From: Saprospiraceae bacterium
GTDB taxonomy: Bacteria; Bacteroidota; Bacteroidia; Chitinophagales; Saprospiraceae
Assembly (NCBI GenBank): GCA_020631405.1
Contig: JAHDHH010000034.1
Coordinates: 1 to 45,821 of the forward strand
Direction: 5' to 3'
Length of the DNA: 45,821 nucleotides
Both the position numbers and the translations under genes were made by a program. Of the stretch, positions 28,263 through 37,839 are shown piece after piece. A model generated the notes under the pieces. The model had not been told where the DNA came from. It saw only the letters and a list, made by a program, of their open reading frames with translations, and ran no database searches. Position 1 is the first letter of the stretch. The number at the start of each line of letters is the position of its first letter.

Positions 28263-29495
28263 TTATAAGTCGAGTAAAAACTTTCTAAGCATAATCAATG
28301 AAATGTTAGAGGAGTACCGAATATTCAGTAAGCGATTTGTTTTTAAACGAAATTTTTTAGCAATCTGCTTTTCAGAATTCCCAACACATACCCATGTTGT
28401 ACCTACTGGCTTCTCTTCACTTCCTCCTCCAGGTCCTGCTATACCTGATATAGCTATTGCAATATCCACACCTAGGTTACTACAACAACCTGTGACCATT
28501 TCTTTGACTACTTCTTCGCTGACTGCACCATGTTCCTCAATTGTGCTTGGATTCACCCCAAGTTTATCCACCTTCAAGTCGTTGGAATAAGAAACTACAC
28601 CTCCTTTATAATATTGGGAAGAGCCAGGTATTGATGTAATCATGTGACCGATGTAGCCACCCGTACAACTCTCAGCAGTCCCCAACCATAATCCCTTGTC
28701 TATCATTAACTTCTGTACAGCTGTCTGAATCAAATCCTCATCGTAGCCGAATATATAATCACCTAGTATGGAGGCGATCTTATCCACATACTCTTCAACT
28801 GATTGCTTCGCTTTACTCCCTCTTGCACTGATCCGCAACTTGACCACACCAGTACTGGGTAGGTAAGCGACCTCCATTCCCTCAGGCATTTGGTCGATGG
28901 TCGGTTGGATCAATTCTGCGACACTTGACTCTGGCAATCCCGCTGTCTGAATCATAGTGTGAAAATAATTAAGGTGCTTTGCCTCTTCTTTGAGCATGGG
29001 AAGTAAGCCTGTCGTAAAGATGGACTTCATCTCATAAGGCACACCTGGCATTGATACTATCTTGCATTGCTCAGTTGCGAAGAGCATTCCCGGAGCAGTA
29101 CCTAGGGCATTCTCCAAAAATTGTGTACCCTCTGGAAAATAGCACTGCTCTCTATGCAAGGGTGAAAGTGGCCTGCCTAATTGCTTGAAAAACAGCTCTA
29201 TCCTTTTGTAAATTGACTCTTCAAAATATTGATCAACACTAAGAAATGTAGCTATAGCCGTCTTGGTAATGTCATCCTTCGTAGGACCAAGACCACCAGT
29301 GACAAAGACATAGTCTGCTTCCTCTGACATATTGGTCAATGCATCAACTATCATCTCGTGATCATCAGCAATAGACACTACCCTACTTATCTGTATACCG
29401 AGTGCATTTAGTTGACTACCCATCCATGCCGAATTAGTATCGATGGTTTGACCAATTAGCAATTCAGTGCCTATGGTTAGTATTGAAGCCTTCAT
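28263..29495 (-). CDS. cinA: CinA-family competence/damage-inducible protein (NMN amidohydrolase)
   Basis: It has the N-terminal MoCF-biosynthesis-like domain (MKASILTIGTELLIGQTIDTNSAWM) and a C-terminal CinA domain. ATG at 29495. Confidence 0.87.
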   Translation of the reverse strand: MKASILTIGTELLIGQTIDTNSAWMGSQLNALGIQISRVVSIADDHEMIVDALTNMSEEADYVFVTGGLGPTKDDITKTAIATFLSVDQYFEESIYKRIELFFKQLGRPLSPLHREQCYFPEGTQFLENALGTAPGMLFATEQCKIVSMPGVPYEMKSIFTTGLLPMLKEEAKHLNYFHTMIQTAGLPESSVAELIQPTIDQMPEGMEVAYLPSTGVVKLRISARGSKAKQSVEEYVDKIASILGDYIFGYDEDLIQTAVQKLMIDKGLWLGTAESCTGGYIGHMITSIPGSSQYYKGGVVSYSNDLKVDKLGVNPSTIEEHGAVSEEVVKEMVTGCCSNLGVDIAIAISGIAGPGGGSEEKPVGTTWVCVGNSEKQIAKKFRLKTNRLLNIRYSSNISLIMLRKFLLDL

Positions 29496-29504
29496 TTCTT
29501 ATAT

Positions 29505-30278
29505 TTAATTGAGTAGTTGTCTATGATTACCGTGCTTGAGGGTGACCTCCGCTTGGTTAGATGCTAAGACAAGATTTCCTTGAGCATTCACTCCTTGCAA
29601 TATGCCAGTAATCACCTCTTTCGTTGAATCTTGACAAGTAATATTCTCACCTCTCTTGTACAAATTTTTGTTATATAAGTTTAGAATCATCTCCGAATTC
29701 TCATTAATGGATTCCACGATTCCATTGGACAAAAATGTTGATGTTATTACTAGTAGTAATTCCAGTGGATTATAATCAAGACCAAGTTCCAGTTTCAGCG
29801 AAGAGGCGTGGGGAAGACTATTGTCAAATACCGTCTGATTGACATTAATACCTATACCAACCACACTGCCAGATATGTAGGATCCCGTGAAGGTATTATT
29901 TACCAGTATACCTCCAACTTTTCTGCCATTGATTATGATGTCATTTGGCCATTTTATCGAAAGATTAGCTCCAGCATATTGGGTTATAGCTTGGTGAACT
30001 ACGTTGGCGACATACATATTCCACAAAAAAGGATTGGTAAAAGACTGTTGGTTATTAAATGGAAAAACTAAAGACGTTGTCAAGTTATGACTAGCCTCGG
30101 ATGACCACTCTCTGCCATATTGACCTATACCATCTGTCTGATGGTCAGTAAATACAGCAATTTTACTGTTTGGACTAGCATTTGATATATAGGTTTTAGC
30201 AACCGAATGAGTACTCTGGGTCTTTGGAAGGTAAATAAACCGCCAAGAGTTACTAGACTCATGCAGAGAATGGAACAT
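29505..30278 (-). CDS. birA: Biotin--[acetyl-CoA-carboxylase] ligase
   Basis: Shows the BPL catalytic region (TDHQTDGIGQYGREWSS, KWPNDIIINGRKVGGIL) without an N-terminal HTH. The start is set at ATG 30278. The track ORF extends to 30338. Confidence 0.8.
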   Translation of the reverse strand: MFHSLHESSNSWRFIYLPKTQSTHSVAKTYISNASPNSKIAVFTDHQTDGIGQYGREWSSEASHNLTTSLVFPFNNQQSFTNPFLWNMYVANVVHQAITQYAGANLSIKWPNDIIINGRKVGGILVNNTFTGSYISGSVVGIGINVNQTVFDNSLPHASSLKLELGLDYNPLELLLVITSTFLSNGIVESINENSEMILNLYNKNLYKRGENITCQDSTKEVITGILQGVNAQGNLVLASNQAEVTLKHGNHRQLLN

Positions 30279-30326
30279 ATTTAGTACTTTTAGTCGTTGT
30301 AAATAACAGCATATAATAACATACAC

Positions 30327-30713
30327 TTGAATACACAAAGTAGAAAAAGCATTTCAGAATTAAGTCTTGAAGAAGCAAACGATCTTATCATCGATAGTAT
30401 CCAAGATATTAAAGGTAAGGATATCGTCATGCTTGACCTCAGAGATTTACATGAAGCTCCTGCAGATTTCTTCATTATTTGTAATGGCGAATCCAATACG
30501 CAGATGAGGGCTATTGCTGGAAATGTCAACAAAAGACTAAAACAAGAGGCTGCTTGGATCCCAACTCGCAGGGAAGGACAAGAGAGTGATACATGGATTT
30601 TGGTCGATTATTTCAATACAGTCGTCCACATATTTCACCCCGAAGCTCGAGAATTCTACGAATTAGAAGAACTTTGGAGTGATGCAAAGGTTACTGAATA
30701 TCAGAACCTTTAA
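30327..30713 (+). CDS. rsfS: Ribosome silencing factor RsfS (Iojap family)
   Basis: 128 aa with the Iojap pattern (GKDIVMLDL…DFFIICNGESNTQMRAIA…WILVDYFNTVVHIFHPEAREFYELEELW). The only in-frame start before the conserved region is TTG at 30327. Confidence 0.78.
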   Translation: MNTQSRKSISELSLEEANDLIIDSIQDIKGKDIVMLDLRDLHEAPADFFIICNGESNTQMRAIAGNVNKRLKQEAAWIPTRREGQESDTWILVDYFNTVVHIFHPEAREFYELEELWSDAKVTEYQNL

Positions 30714-30761
30714 ATAACATAACCCCAACCCTCATCAAATAAGCTAGTAGCTAAACATACT

Positions 30762-32771
30762 ATGGCAGAACTACCGAACAACGATAATAAAAATTCAAAT
30801 CCAAATAAACTGAGTTTCAATTCTTATTGGATTTACGGAGTCATCATATTTATGATTCTGAGCCTTAATCTGTTTAATGTCATGAATAACAATACAGAGG
30901 TCATCACTTCTGTAAAGTTTAAACAGATGGCAGAAAAAGGTGAAATAGAAAAAGTAGAAGTGATCAACAAGAGTGTAGCCCACGTCTGGATAGACAAGGA
31001 CTATCAAGCGAATCACAAACACATCAAAGAGAATTCTTTCAGCTTTGATCAACCTCACTACTCATTTGAGCTAGGAGATATAGGTACATTTGACGGTATG
31101 GTAGCTGACATCAACGAAAAGTCGATAGTCATAGACCCGATATACCAAACTAGGACAAATTGGACTGGTCAAGTATTGAGTTGGTTGTTACCTATACTCA
31201 TCTTGATAGGGCTTTGGGTATTCTTTATGAGGAGGATGACAGGAGGCGGAGCTGGGCCTGGTGGTCAAATATTCAATATTGGCAAGTCAAAAGCAACACT
31301 TTTTGACAAAGATGCTAAGGTCAATGTAACATTCAAAGATGTCGCAGGGCTAGAAGAAGCAAAGGAAGAAGTGATGGAAGTAGTAGACTTCCTCAAAAAT
31401 CCAAAGAAATATACATCACTCGGAGGCAAGATACCAAAGGGAGTCCTACTTGTAGGCCCTCCAGGTACAGGTAAGACCCTCCTTGCAAAGGCAGTAGCCG
31501 GTGAGGCAGAGGTACCTTTCTTTTCAATGTCAGGTAGTGACTTTGTAGAGATGTTCGTGGGTGTGGGTGCATCAAGGGTTAGAGATGTATTCAAGCAAGC
31601 TAGAGAAAAGGCTCCTTGTATCGTATTTATTGATGAGATTGATGCTATTGGCCGAGCTAGAGGTAAGGGTGCAGTCCAAGGTGGTAATGACGAGAGAGAA
31701 AATACGCTTAACCAACTCTTAGTGGAGATGGATGGGTTCGCAACTGACAAGGGTGTGATCATCATGGCAGCAACTAACAGGCCAGATGTCCTCGACAATG
31801 CCCTATTGAGACCAGGAAGATTTGACAGACAGATTGGGATTGATCGACCAGACCTCAAAGGCAGAAAAGAAATATTCCAAGTACACCTTAAGACTATCAA
31901 GATAGCAGAAGAGGTCAAGGCGGAAATATTGGCAGAAATGACACCAGGATTCGCAGGTGCTGACATCGCCAATGTTTGTAATGAAGCGGCTCTAGTTGCT
32001 GCTAGAAATGATAAGAAGGCTGTTGACCTAGATGACTTCAACTATGCACTAGATAGGGTCATTGGTGGCCTAGAGAAAAAGAATAAACTCATTTCTCCAA
32101 AAGAGAAAGAAATCATTGCCTACCATGAAGCAGGACATGCTGTGTGTGGTTGGTTTTTAGAGCATGCCTCTCCCCTAGTTAAGGTAACTATAGTACCAAG
32201 AGGTGTTGGCACCTTAGGCTATGCTCAATACCTTCCTAAAGAGGAGTATATCACTAGGACCGAGGCACTGAAGGATAGGATGTGTATGACACTAGGCGGT
32301 AGAGCTGCTGAAAAAATAGTATTTGACAAGATATCAACCGGTGCTCAGAGTGACCTTGATCAAGTTACGAAGATGGCTTACAGCATGGTAGCAGTCTATG
32401 GAATGAATGAAAAAGTAGGTAATGTATCTTTCTACGGAATGCAACAAGACCAGTTCAGCAAACCCTATTCGGACGATACTGCTAAGCTCATCGACGAGGA
32501 AGTAAGGCTAATGATAGAAGAGCAATACATCAGAGCTCAGAACCTACTCAAAGAACATAGAACTGAACTCAATGCTCTAGCGACTACACTACTGGACAAA
32601 GAAGTAATCTTAAAGTCTGACCTAGAATTACTGATAGGCAAGAGACCATTCCCAGTGGATGAAGTCCAAGTTGTAGAAGCTGATGCTAGTTCTGATGTCG
32701 GAGAGATAGCCTCTGCAGAACAATCCAATGCAGTTACTCAAGATGATTCGGCGACCTTAGATAAGAAGTAG
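30762..32771 (+). CDS. ftsH: ATP-dependent zinc metalloprotease FtsH
   Basis: 669 aa with two TMs, an AAA+ module (GPPGTGKT Walker A, DEID Walker B, SRH) and a zinc HEAGH motif. The C-terminal tail is acidic. Confidence 0.95.
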   Translation: MAELPNNDNKNSNPNKLSFNSYWIYGVIIFMILSLNLFNVMNNNTEVITSVKFKQMAEKGEIEKVEVINKSVAHVWIDKDYQANHKHIKENSFSFDQPHYSFELGDIGTFDGMVADINEKSIVIDPIYQTRTNWTGQVLSWLLPILILIGLWVFFMRRMTGGGAGPGGQIFNIGKSKATLFDKDAKVNVTFKDVAGLEEAKEEVMEVVDFLKNPKKYTSLGGKIPKGVLLVGPPGTGKTLLAKAVAGEAEVPFFSMSGSDFVEMFVGVGASRVRDVFKQAREKAPCIVFIDEIDAIGRARGKGAVQGGNDERENTLNQLLVEMDGFATDKGVIIMAATNRPDVLDNALLRPGRFDRQIGIDRPDLKGRKEIFQVHLKTIKIAEEVKAEILAEMTPGFAGADIANVCNEAALVAARNDKKAVDLDDFNYALDRVIGGLEKKNKLISPKEKEIIAYHEAGHAVCGWFLEHASPLVKVTIVPRGVGTLGYAQYLPKEEYITRTEALKDRMCMTLGGRAAEKIVFDKISTGAQSDLDQVTKMAYSMVAVYGMNEKVGNVSFYGMQQDQFSKPYSDDTAKLIDEEVRLMIEEQYIRAQNLLKEHRTELNALATTLLDKEVILKSDLELLIGKRPFPVDEVQVVEADASSDVGEIASAEQSNAVTQDDSATLDKK

Positions 32772-33118
32772 GTCTCGAAGATGGTGAATATCAAGTAAGT
32801 AGTCAGAAAAGGAAGGATAAACACCTTATCTGATGGTTCTCTCATTTTGATATAAATGATGATGATGATAAATGCCGAAAGGATTTTTATCAAGACATTC
32901 ACTATGATGATATAAAGGAAGAAATTCTTATCCTTACTTGTTGTAGCCTTGCGTGAAAAAAAGAAAATACCAGTGGATACACAAGTGAAAAATGCAATGC
33001 TAATCAGTAGCAAATCGTAGTAGTAAAACGTATCTAAGACCGTAGACATCAGTGTAAAACACAACAACGAAAGGAGTATACTATACAGAATCTGTCTTCT
33101 AAATTTAATTGCTCTCAC
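32738..33118 (-). CDS. Small polytopic membrane protein (hypothetical; third gene of an atp-leader-like module)
   Basis: 126 aa with ~4 predicted TM helices rich in I/L/F. It sits 5 nt downstream of the AtpZ-like gene on the same strand. Its 3' end overlaps the ftsH 3' end by 34 nt convergently. Confidence 0.45.
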   Translation of the reverse strand: MRAIKFRRQILYSILLSLLCFTLMSTVLDTFYYYDLLLISIAFFTCVSTGIFFFSRKATTSKDKNFFLYIIIVNVLIKILSAFIIIIIYIKMREPSDKVFILPFLTTYLIFTIFETYFLSKVAESS

Positions 33119-33123
33119 GTCTC

Positions 33124-33330
33124 TTATCCTAAATCTTTGATGAGTTTGTAGAATTGAATGATCATGACGACCATCATTAGTACTAAGGCGATGTAGGGCT
33201 TTTCATTGCCCATATATACGTCTACCTTCTTTCCTGCGAACAAAGCAATCATAAGCAAGCCAAACAAGGTAGTTCCCCATCCGGTATACTTCATAAAGTG
33301 TCTATTCGACTTCTTCTGTTTGTTTTCCAA
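33124..33330 (-). CDS. AtpZ/AtpI-family small membrane protein
   Basis: 68 aa with two TMs. Its pattern (…KYTGWGTTLFGLLMIALFAGKKVD……KPYIALVLMMVVMIIQFYKLIKDL) matches the AtpZ/AtpI layout usually found upstream of atpB. Confidence 0.58.
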   Translation of the reverse strand: MENKQKKSNRHFMKYTGWGTTLFGLLMIALFAGKKVDVYMGNEKPYIALVLMMVVMIIQFYKLIKDLG

Positions 33331-33338
33331 TATTGGGC

Positions 33339-33746
33339 TTAAGCTGTTTCTTTTTGCAATGTCTTAACTTTAGAAGGCTCTGCGTTGCACTGTACATTGA
33401 ATACTGCACCTGCATTGACTTGAAGATTCTCCGTATCAACCTCTCCTTTGACATTTGCGGTTTCCTTTACAGTAACAGTATTCTTCACCTTGAGCTTACC
33501 TTCGAATTGACCTTCGATGACGGCATTCTCACAGATGATCTCTCCTACCACCTTGCCTTCTGGACCGATGATCACTTTTCCACTACAATTGAGGTTGCCA
33601 TTAAGCGATCCATCTATACGAATGTCCTTGGATGCGGTAATAGTACCTTCTACACTTGTACCTGAAACTAGACTATTAGTAGCACCACCTGATGCAGAAC
33701 TCGAATTATTGGAATTGCTAGAAGTTGTAGATTTTGATCCGAACAT
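33339..33746 (-). CDS. Bactofilin (polymer-forming cytoskeletal protein, DUF583)
   Basis: It has an N-terminal Ser/Asn-rich tail followed by bactofilin beta-helical repeats (IRIDGSLNGNLNCSGKVIIGPEGKVVGEIICENAVIEGQFEGKLKVKNTVTV…). Confidence 0.8.
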   Translation of the reverse strand: MFGSKSTTSSNSNNSSSASGGATNSLVSGTSVEGTITASKDIRIDGSLNGNLNCSGKVIIGPEGKVVGEIICENAVIEGQFEGKLKVKNTVTVKETANVKGEVDTENLQVNAGAVFNVQCNAEPSKVKTLQKETA

Positions 33747-33782
33747 TACTATTGTATTTTTTTTGAGTTATTAAAAGTCTGG

Positions 33783-33821
33783 AAAAAAAAACCCTTACTC
33801 AACTAAGAACAAGGGTTTTCC
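33783..33821 (-). terminator. Rho-independent terminator downstream of the PorP/SprF gene
   Basis: An A9 run followed by a hairpin, aacccttg…caagggtt with an ~8-bp stem. On the minus strand it reads as hairpin then T-run. It lies ~55 nt past the stop at 33876. Coordinates may be off by 1-2 nt. Confidence 0.55.
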
Positions 33822-33875
33822 TTTTATGCTATTTTATCAACCAGTCTATATGTCTATAGTATGTTGATGTTTTTT

Positions 33876-34979
33876 TTAGAATCTTGGGCAGTATACTGCT
33901 CTTTTCTCTGGACCACAGATATAGTAGTTAAGTGAGAATTCGAAAGCTCCATTTCCTACTGCTGCAGCTCTTAGGTCTGAGACATTGTAGTCATAACTGA
34001 ATCCTAGACCAAAGTTGTCATAATCAAACCTTGCAGTGAATATAATCGCATCAGAATGGAAAAACTGAATACTAGGATCTACATCAACACTTGTTGGCTC
34101 CACATATCTATTAGTCAATCTGTACCAAGCTCCTATCTGCCATGATTGATCAGATGTTCTAGAATTCCCAACTGCGAATCTCAAGTTAGTACCTAGGTTA
34201 AGCTCTACTTGAGAACCCTGCTTCATAAATACAAACCCTGGTACTACATATAGGCCTTTAGAAACCCAGACTTGACCACCTGCATGTGCTGTGAATCTTT
34301 GTCCAATTGGCTCAACTACACTTGCACTAGTTTGGAAAGTTACATTAGGTCTATTGACATGGTGTAATGCCATACCCCCGTAGAAGTTATTGTCTTTGTC
34401 AATGATACTGAACCATAATAATCCTACAGCTAAATCAGCATAGATGAAATCATAGTCAAGCGTACTAGCACCAGGAGGTTGAGCTCCAGGTAATATACCT
34501 CCATTACCATCATGCTCTGAAGCCCAAACTTGAGCATCTGCATCTTGAGACAATCTTCTTTGGCTTATTGCAGCATCTGCTCCTAATACCAAAAAGTGAG
34601 ATGTCTGTCTATATCCACCCATCTTCTTAGCGAAACTAAACGATAGTCTTCCTTGAGTTGTTCCAAAATTAAGTGAACCTGCAGTGTCACCCCATAATGA
34701 CCCTCCTATACCGAAGTAATCAGTCCTACCGACTGCAACTTTCTGATCATAAGATACTGAGTATGTATTGAATGCGTTAGCTCCAAGTACTCCTGCCCAT
34801 TGGTTTCTATAGTTAGCTACCAATCTTGTATTACAATTCATCACACCTGTCAATGCTGGGTTAGTATTGAGTGGTGACATGTAAAATTGGCTAAAGTGGA
34901 TATCCTGTGCCTGTGACACGAAAGTAATCACGGTAAATAAAGCAACTACAGCAATTCGTATAGTTTTAAACATAGTCAT
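33876..34979 (-). CDS. Type IX secretion system membrane protein, PorP/SprF family
   Basis: It has a signal peptide and the family-diagnostic N-terminal block QDIHFSQFYMSPLNTNPALTG. The body is beta-barrel-like and the C-terminal residue is aromatic (…CPRF). Confidence 0.85.
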   Translation of the reverse strand: MTMFKTIRIAVVALFTVITFVSQAQDIHFSQFYMSPLNTNPALTGVMNCNTRLVANYRNQWAGVLGANAFNTYSVSYDQKVAVGRTDYFGIGGSLWGDTAGSLNFGTTQGRLSFSFAKKMGGYRQTSHFLVLGADAAISQRRLSQDADAQVWASEHDGNGGILPGAQPPGASTLDYDFIYADLAVGLLWFSIIDKDNNFYGGMALHHVNRPNVTFQTSASVVEPIGQRFTAHAGGQVWVSKGLYVVPGFVFMKQGSQVELNLGTNLRFAVGNSRTSDQSWQIGAWYRLTNRYVEPTSVDVDPSIQFFHSDAIIFTARFDYDNFGLGFSYDYNVSDLRAAAVGNGAFEFSLNYYICGPEKRAVYCPRF

Positions 34980-35149
34980 TTTCTTTTTACTCCTTTAAAA
35001 AGTGTTGTATGATTTCGTAAGTGGAGTTGTCTGAGATATTTCAAACTCTTTACTATCCTAAACTTACAATAATTTATCTTTATTTCGCAAACGTGCTTTG
35101 AAATAAATACACATAAATTTTTTAGTAATATCTTAACTACCCTTTTTGG

Positions 35150-36103
35150 ATGAAATTTACCACTCCTGTCACTATTCCTCAATACGCCAAACTGTTCACA
35201 CACCAATTGAATATCCTCTCTTTTGGTTCGTGTTTCGCGGATCGTATTGGCAATAAGTTAAAAGCAGCCGGATTTCACAGTATTACTAACCCACTTGGTA
35301 TATCTTATAACCCTATATCGATAAAAAAGCTGCTTACCTACTGCATAAATAACGCATCTCTAGACAGCACTGGCTACCTCATGCATAATGACATTGTAAG
35401 TCACTTTGACCTACATTCACAGCATAACCAACTGAATACGAATATCTTAAAAACATCGACAACAGAAATCATTTCGTCTATTCATGATTATTTGCACAAT
35501 ACAGACCTTCTTATCCTCACTCTAGGTTCTGCTATCGTGTATAAGCATAAGACCCTTGATACCATTGTCAATAATTGCCACAAAGTAGCGCAAGATCAGT
35601 TTGAAAAAGTCCTCTTAAGTGTGGATGAGGTAGTGGAGAACTACAATACTTTGTTTGCCACTTTGCGAAAGGTCAACCCAACAATGCAAATCATCTTAAC
35701 CGTCAGCCCGGTAAGACATCTGAGACATGGCGCCATCATGAACAATCGAAGTAAGGCCAGACTATTGCTAATTTGCGAACAACTAGAGCAGTCACACTCC
35801 TATGCACACTACTTCCCTGCATACGAACTAATGATTGACGAGCTCAGAGATTATAGATTTATGGCTGATGATATGGTGCACCCTAGTAGCCAAGCTACAG
35901 AATATATTTGGGATACCTTCGTCGAAAGCTTTTGTGACGATGAGACCAAGCAAATCATCAAGGAAGTCAATGCAATCTCTAAATTAAAACACCACAGACC
36001 CTTCTTCCCCGAGTCAAGTCAGGCTGAGGCTTTTGAACAGAAGGTAGCCTCAACAATCAAGGCATTCGAAGCTAAATACCCCGATATCACTCTTAATACT
36101 TAG
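35150..36103 (+). CDS. GSCFA-family protein
   Basis: It contains the eponymous motif (…LSFGSCFADRIGNKL) near the N-terminus and the typical ~320-aa length. Confidence 0.87.
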   Translation: MKFTTPVTIPQYAKLFTHQLNILSFGSCFADRIGNKLKAAGFHSITNPLGISYNPISIKKLLTYCINNASLDSTGYLMHNDIVSHFDLHSQHNQLNTNILKTSTTEIISSIHDYLHNTDLLILTLGSAIVYKHKTLDTIVNNCHKVAQDQFEKVLLSVDEVVENYNTLFATLRKVNPTMQIILTVSPVRHLRHGAIMNNRSKARLLLICEQLEQSHSYAHYFPAYELMIDELRDYRFMADDMVHPSSQATEYIWDTFVESFCDDETKQIIKEVNAISKLKHHRPFFPESSQAEAFEQKVASTIKAFEAKYPDITLNT

Positions 36104-37199
36104 TCCACTTCTGAAACTGAGAATATGACCGAGTCCTATGGTCATACAATCTGACAAGGTATACTCCATTGGTAAACTGTCCCTCGATGCGTGCTGACTG
36201 CCTACCCCCTTGGTTTCTAAGCTCAAAGGTATCTACGTACTTGCCCCTAAGGGTGAACAGTTGGATACCAGTCCATGACTTATCCGCAGTGATAGATACT
36301 ACATTCTTCCCTGGATTAGGATATATAGTCCACATGACATCTTCTATATCACTCTCTTCAATGTCCAAAATCACACAATTATCCAGCTCAAATTCTGCAC
36401 AGTACATCCGAGTACTGAGACTACAATCGAGTATAAATGGATTAGGCTTGTCATCTTGGTACTTGGCTATCTTATAAGTTCTATCCCACTCAATGGGATC
36501 CACTGGGTCTTTGTAATGCCAGCTACAAAGTGTAGCCTTTTGTATTTCGAAAAACTCTGGCGCTGCAGAAACAGCATTGTCTCTATATATCGTATAGAAA
36601 TAGAATACTGCTCTCGCAATATTTCCCTTGACTTCTTCCCTTGGTTCGAAGCCCTTTTGGATATCCTCAGCATAAGCATCTTTCATCGAGGTAGGCTCTG
36701 AAGTCAACGTTTGGTCTCTGTAAAACCACTTACTTGTTTGACTATCAGGGATTTCCATAAAGGGGTCGTTGGCCCTCTCTGAATTGACACTTGCCCGAGT
36801 TGGAAACAGGTGGTGCATATCCGACCGACCATTACCCGACTTAGCTCCCTTGCTTTGTGGATAGCAGTGCTCTGTATTAATATCAAGGTCACCACCATTG
36901 TCCGTAAAGACTGCTTGTGTAGGGTCAAGACTTGGGTCCAAGTATCTCTTCCATCCAGTGTAGACACACTCTAGACTATCATCTACTGCATAGACATTCT
37001 TAAACAAGGTATCTCTTGCCATCGAATAAGTCATCACCGTCTCAGGGGTGAATGCATCTTGCACGGCTTGCAATAGTTCGTCTCCTGTCAATTGGGGAAA
37101 TACATCTTGATGTTGAGCTACTGCCAAATAGGGCAATAACACTAATGTAGAAAGTATACTTAATCTCCTCATAGAAAACAAAGGTAATCTGAATAACAT
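36093..37199 (-). CDS. Secreted endonuclease I-family nuclease with T9SS C-terminal sorting domain
   Basis: It has a signal peptide (the alternative ATG at 37172 gives MRRLSILSTLVLLPYLAVAQ). The Endonuclease_1-like core includes EHCYPQSKGAKSGNG…DMHHLFPTRASVNSERAN. The C-terminus has a CTD that starts with the classic IYPNPGKNVVSI. Confidence 0.72.
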   Translation of the reverse strand: MLFRLPLFSMRRLSILSTLVLLPYLAVAQHQDVFPQLTGDELLQAVQDAFTPETVMTYSMARDTLFKNVYAVDDSLECVYTGWKRYLDPSLDPTQAVFTDNGGDLDINTEHCYPQSKGAKSGNGRSDMHHLFPTRASVNSERANDPFMEIPDSQTSKWFYRDQTLTSEPTSMKDAYAEDIQKGFEPREEVKGNIARAVFYFYTIYRDNAVSAAPEFFEIQKATLCSWHYKDPVDPIEWDRTYKIAKYQDDKPNPFILDCSLSTRMYCAEFELDNCVILDIEESDIEDVMWTIYPNPGKNVVSITADKSWTGIQLFTLRGKYVDTFELRNQGGRQSARIEGQFTNGVYLVRLYDHRTRSYSQFQKWTKY

Positions 37200-37265
37200 T
37201 GTTAGAACAATCTTAGTGATAGATACCTAGTGATGAGGTCTTGTTTTAAGGAAATAACTATCCAA

Positions 37266-37294
37266 ATTTCTAGAAATAGCAATGATTTCTAGAG
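37266..37294. promoter_or_regulatory. Perfect 12-bp palindrome ATTTCTAGAAAT plus a nearby half-site (gATTTCTAGAg); candidate operator
   Basis: Read directly from the sequence. It lies ~70-95 nt upstream of the endonuclease I start (minus strand) and ~30 nt downstream of the 118-aa ORF stop. Confidence 0.35.
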
Positions 37295-37323
37295 AGGATT
37301 GAAGGTAGCATGAATGAGGATGA

Positions 37324-37680
37324 CTAGTTTAAGTAGTCTTCTCTGAAGATTACACCTTTCTTTGCATCGTATCCTGGCTTGATGCCCCTATGCATGCAAA
37401 ACTGCTTGTAAGGATAGGTCTTTGCATCAATAATAAATACCTTACAACCCACAGCAATACTGAGTTCAGCATAGGCCTTCTTCCATAGTCTTGCTATTTC
37501 CTGGGCTGTGATGTTGTAGTTTTTATTCCATTTTCTTGAAATAACAACTTCCAAGGTAAACACTCCTTTCTCAAAGCTCAACAACTTAGAAGACAGTCCG
37601 TAGCCGACACGGTAGTACATGTCAGTTTCAATAAAGTGCTTTCTATTTATTTCTTCAATATTCATTATGACATATTCCAT
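37324..37680 (-). CDS. Hypothetical 118-aa soluble protein
   Basis: A clean ORF with ATG at 37680. I recognise no family. It is basic and aromatic-rich (…RKWNKNYNITAQEIARLWKKAY…) and sits 160 nt downstream of the Lhr-like helicase on the same strand. Confidence 0.4.
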   Translation of the reverse strand: MEYVIMNIEEINRKHFIETDMYYRVGYGLSSKLLSFEKGVFTLEVVISRKWNKNYNITAQEIARLWKKAYAELSIAVGCKVFIIDAKTYPYKQFCMHRGIKPGYDAKKGVIFREDYLN

Positions 37681-37839
37681 GCAGAAACTATGCCATATTA
37701 TGCATTACAGGTTTTCTCAATGTATAATATCAATGCCTTAAAACCAAACGTATATCGCTGTATATCAGCTAATTAAAGGGCATTGAATATTGTAAAACAG
37801 CACGGAATAAAAACCCTTGACAAGTACCATGCTCCTCCC

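Noticed and set aside
30290-30532. 80-aa ORF spanning the birA/rsfS junction and 87-aa ORF 29808..30071
   Set aside because: They overlap the start regions of two well-supported divergent genes, or lie antisense within birA. No features are visible.
33661-33780. Apparent 1-nt discrepancy between the printed sequence and the ORF track around 33720 (gctaagaag versus the gctagaag required by both overlapping ORF translations)
   Set aside because: This is most likely my misreading of the line break. I trusted the ORF-track coordinates and did not call a frameshift or pseudogene in the bactofilin gene.
34976-35206. 76-aa minus-strand ORF upstream of the PorP/SprF gene
   Set aside because: It occupies the promoter region between the PorP/SprF and GSCFA genes and overlaps the GSCFA start. 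It is basic and low-complexity, so it is likely spurious.
37324-37680. MmcQ/YjbR-family assignment for the 118-aa protein based on its MNIEE… N-terminus
   Set aside because: The resemblance is limited to the first ~6 residues. The rest does not follow the YjbR pattern, so I left it as hypothetical.
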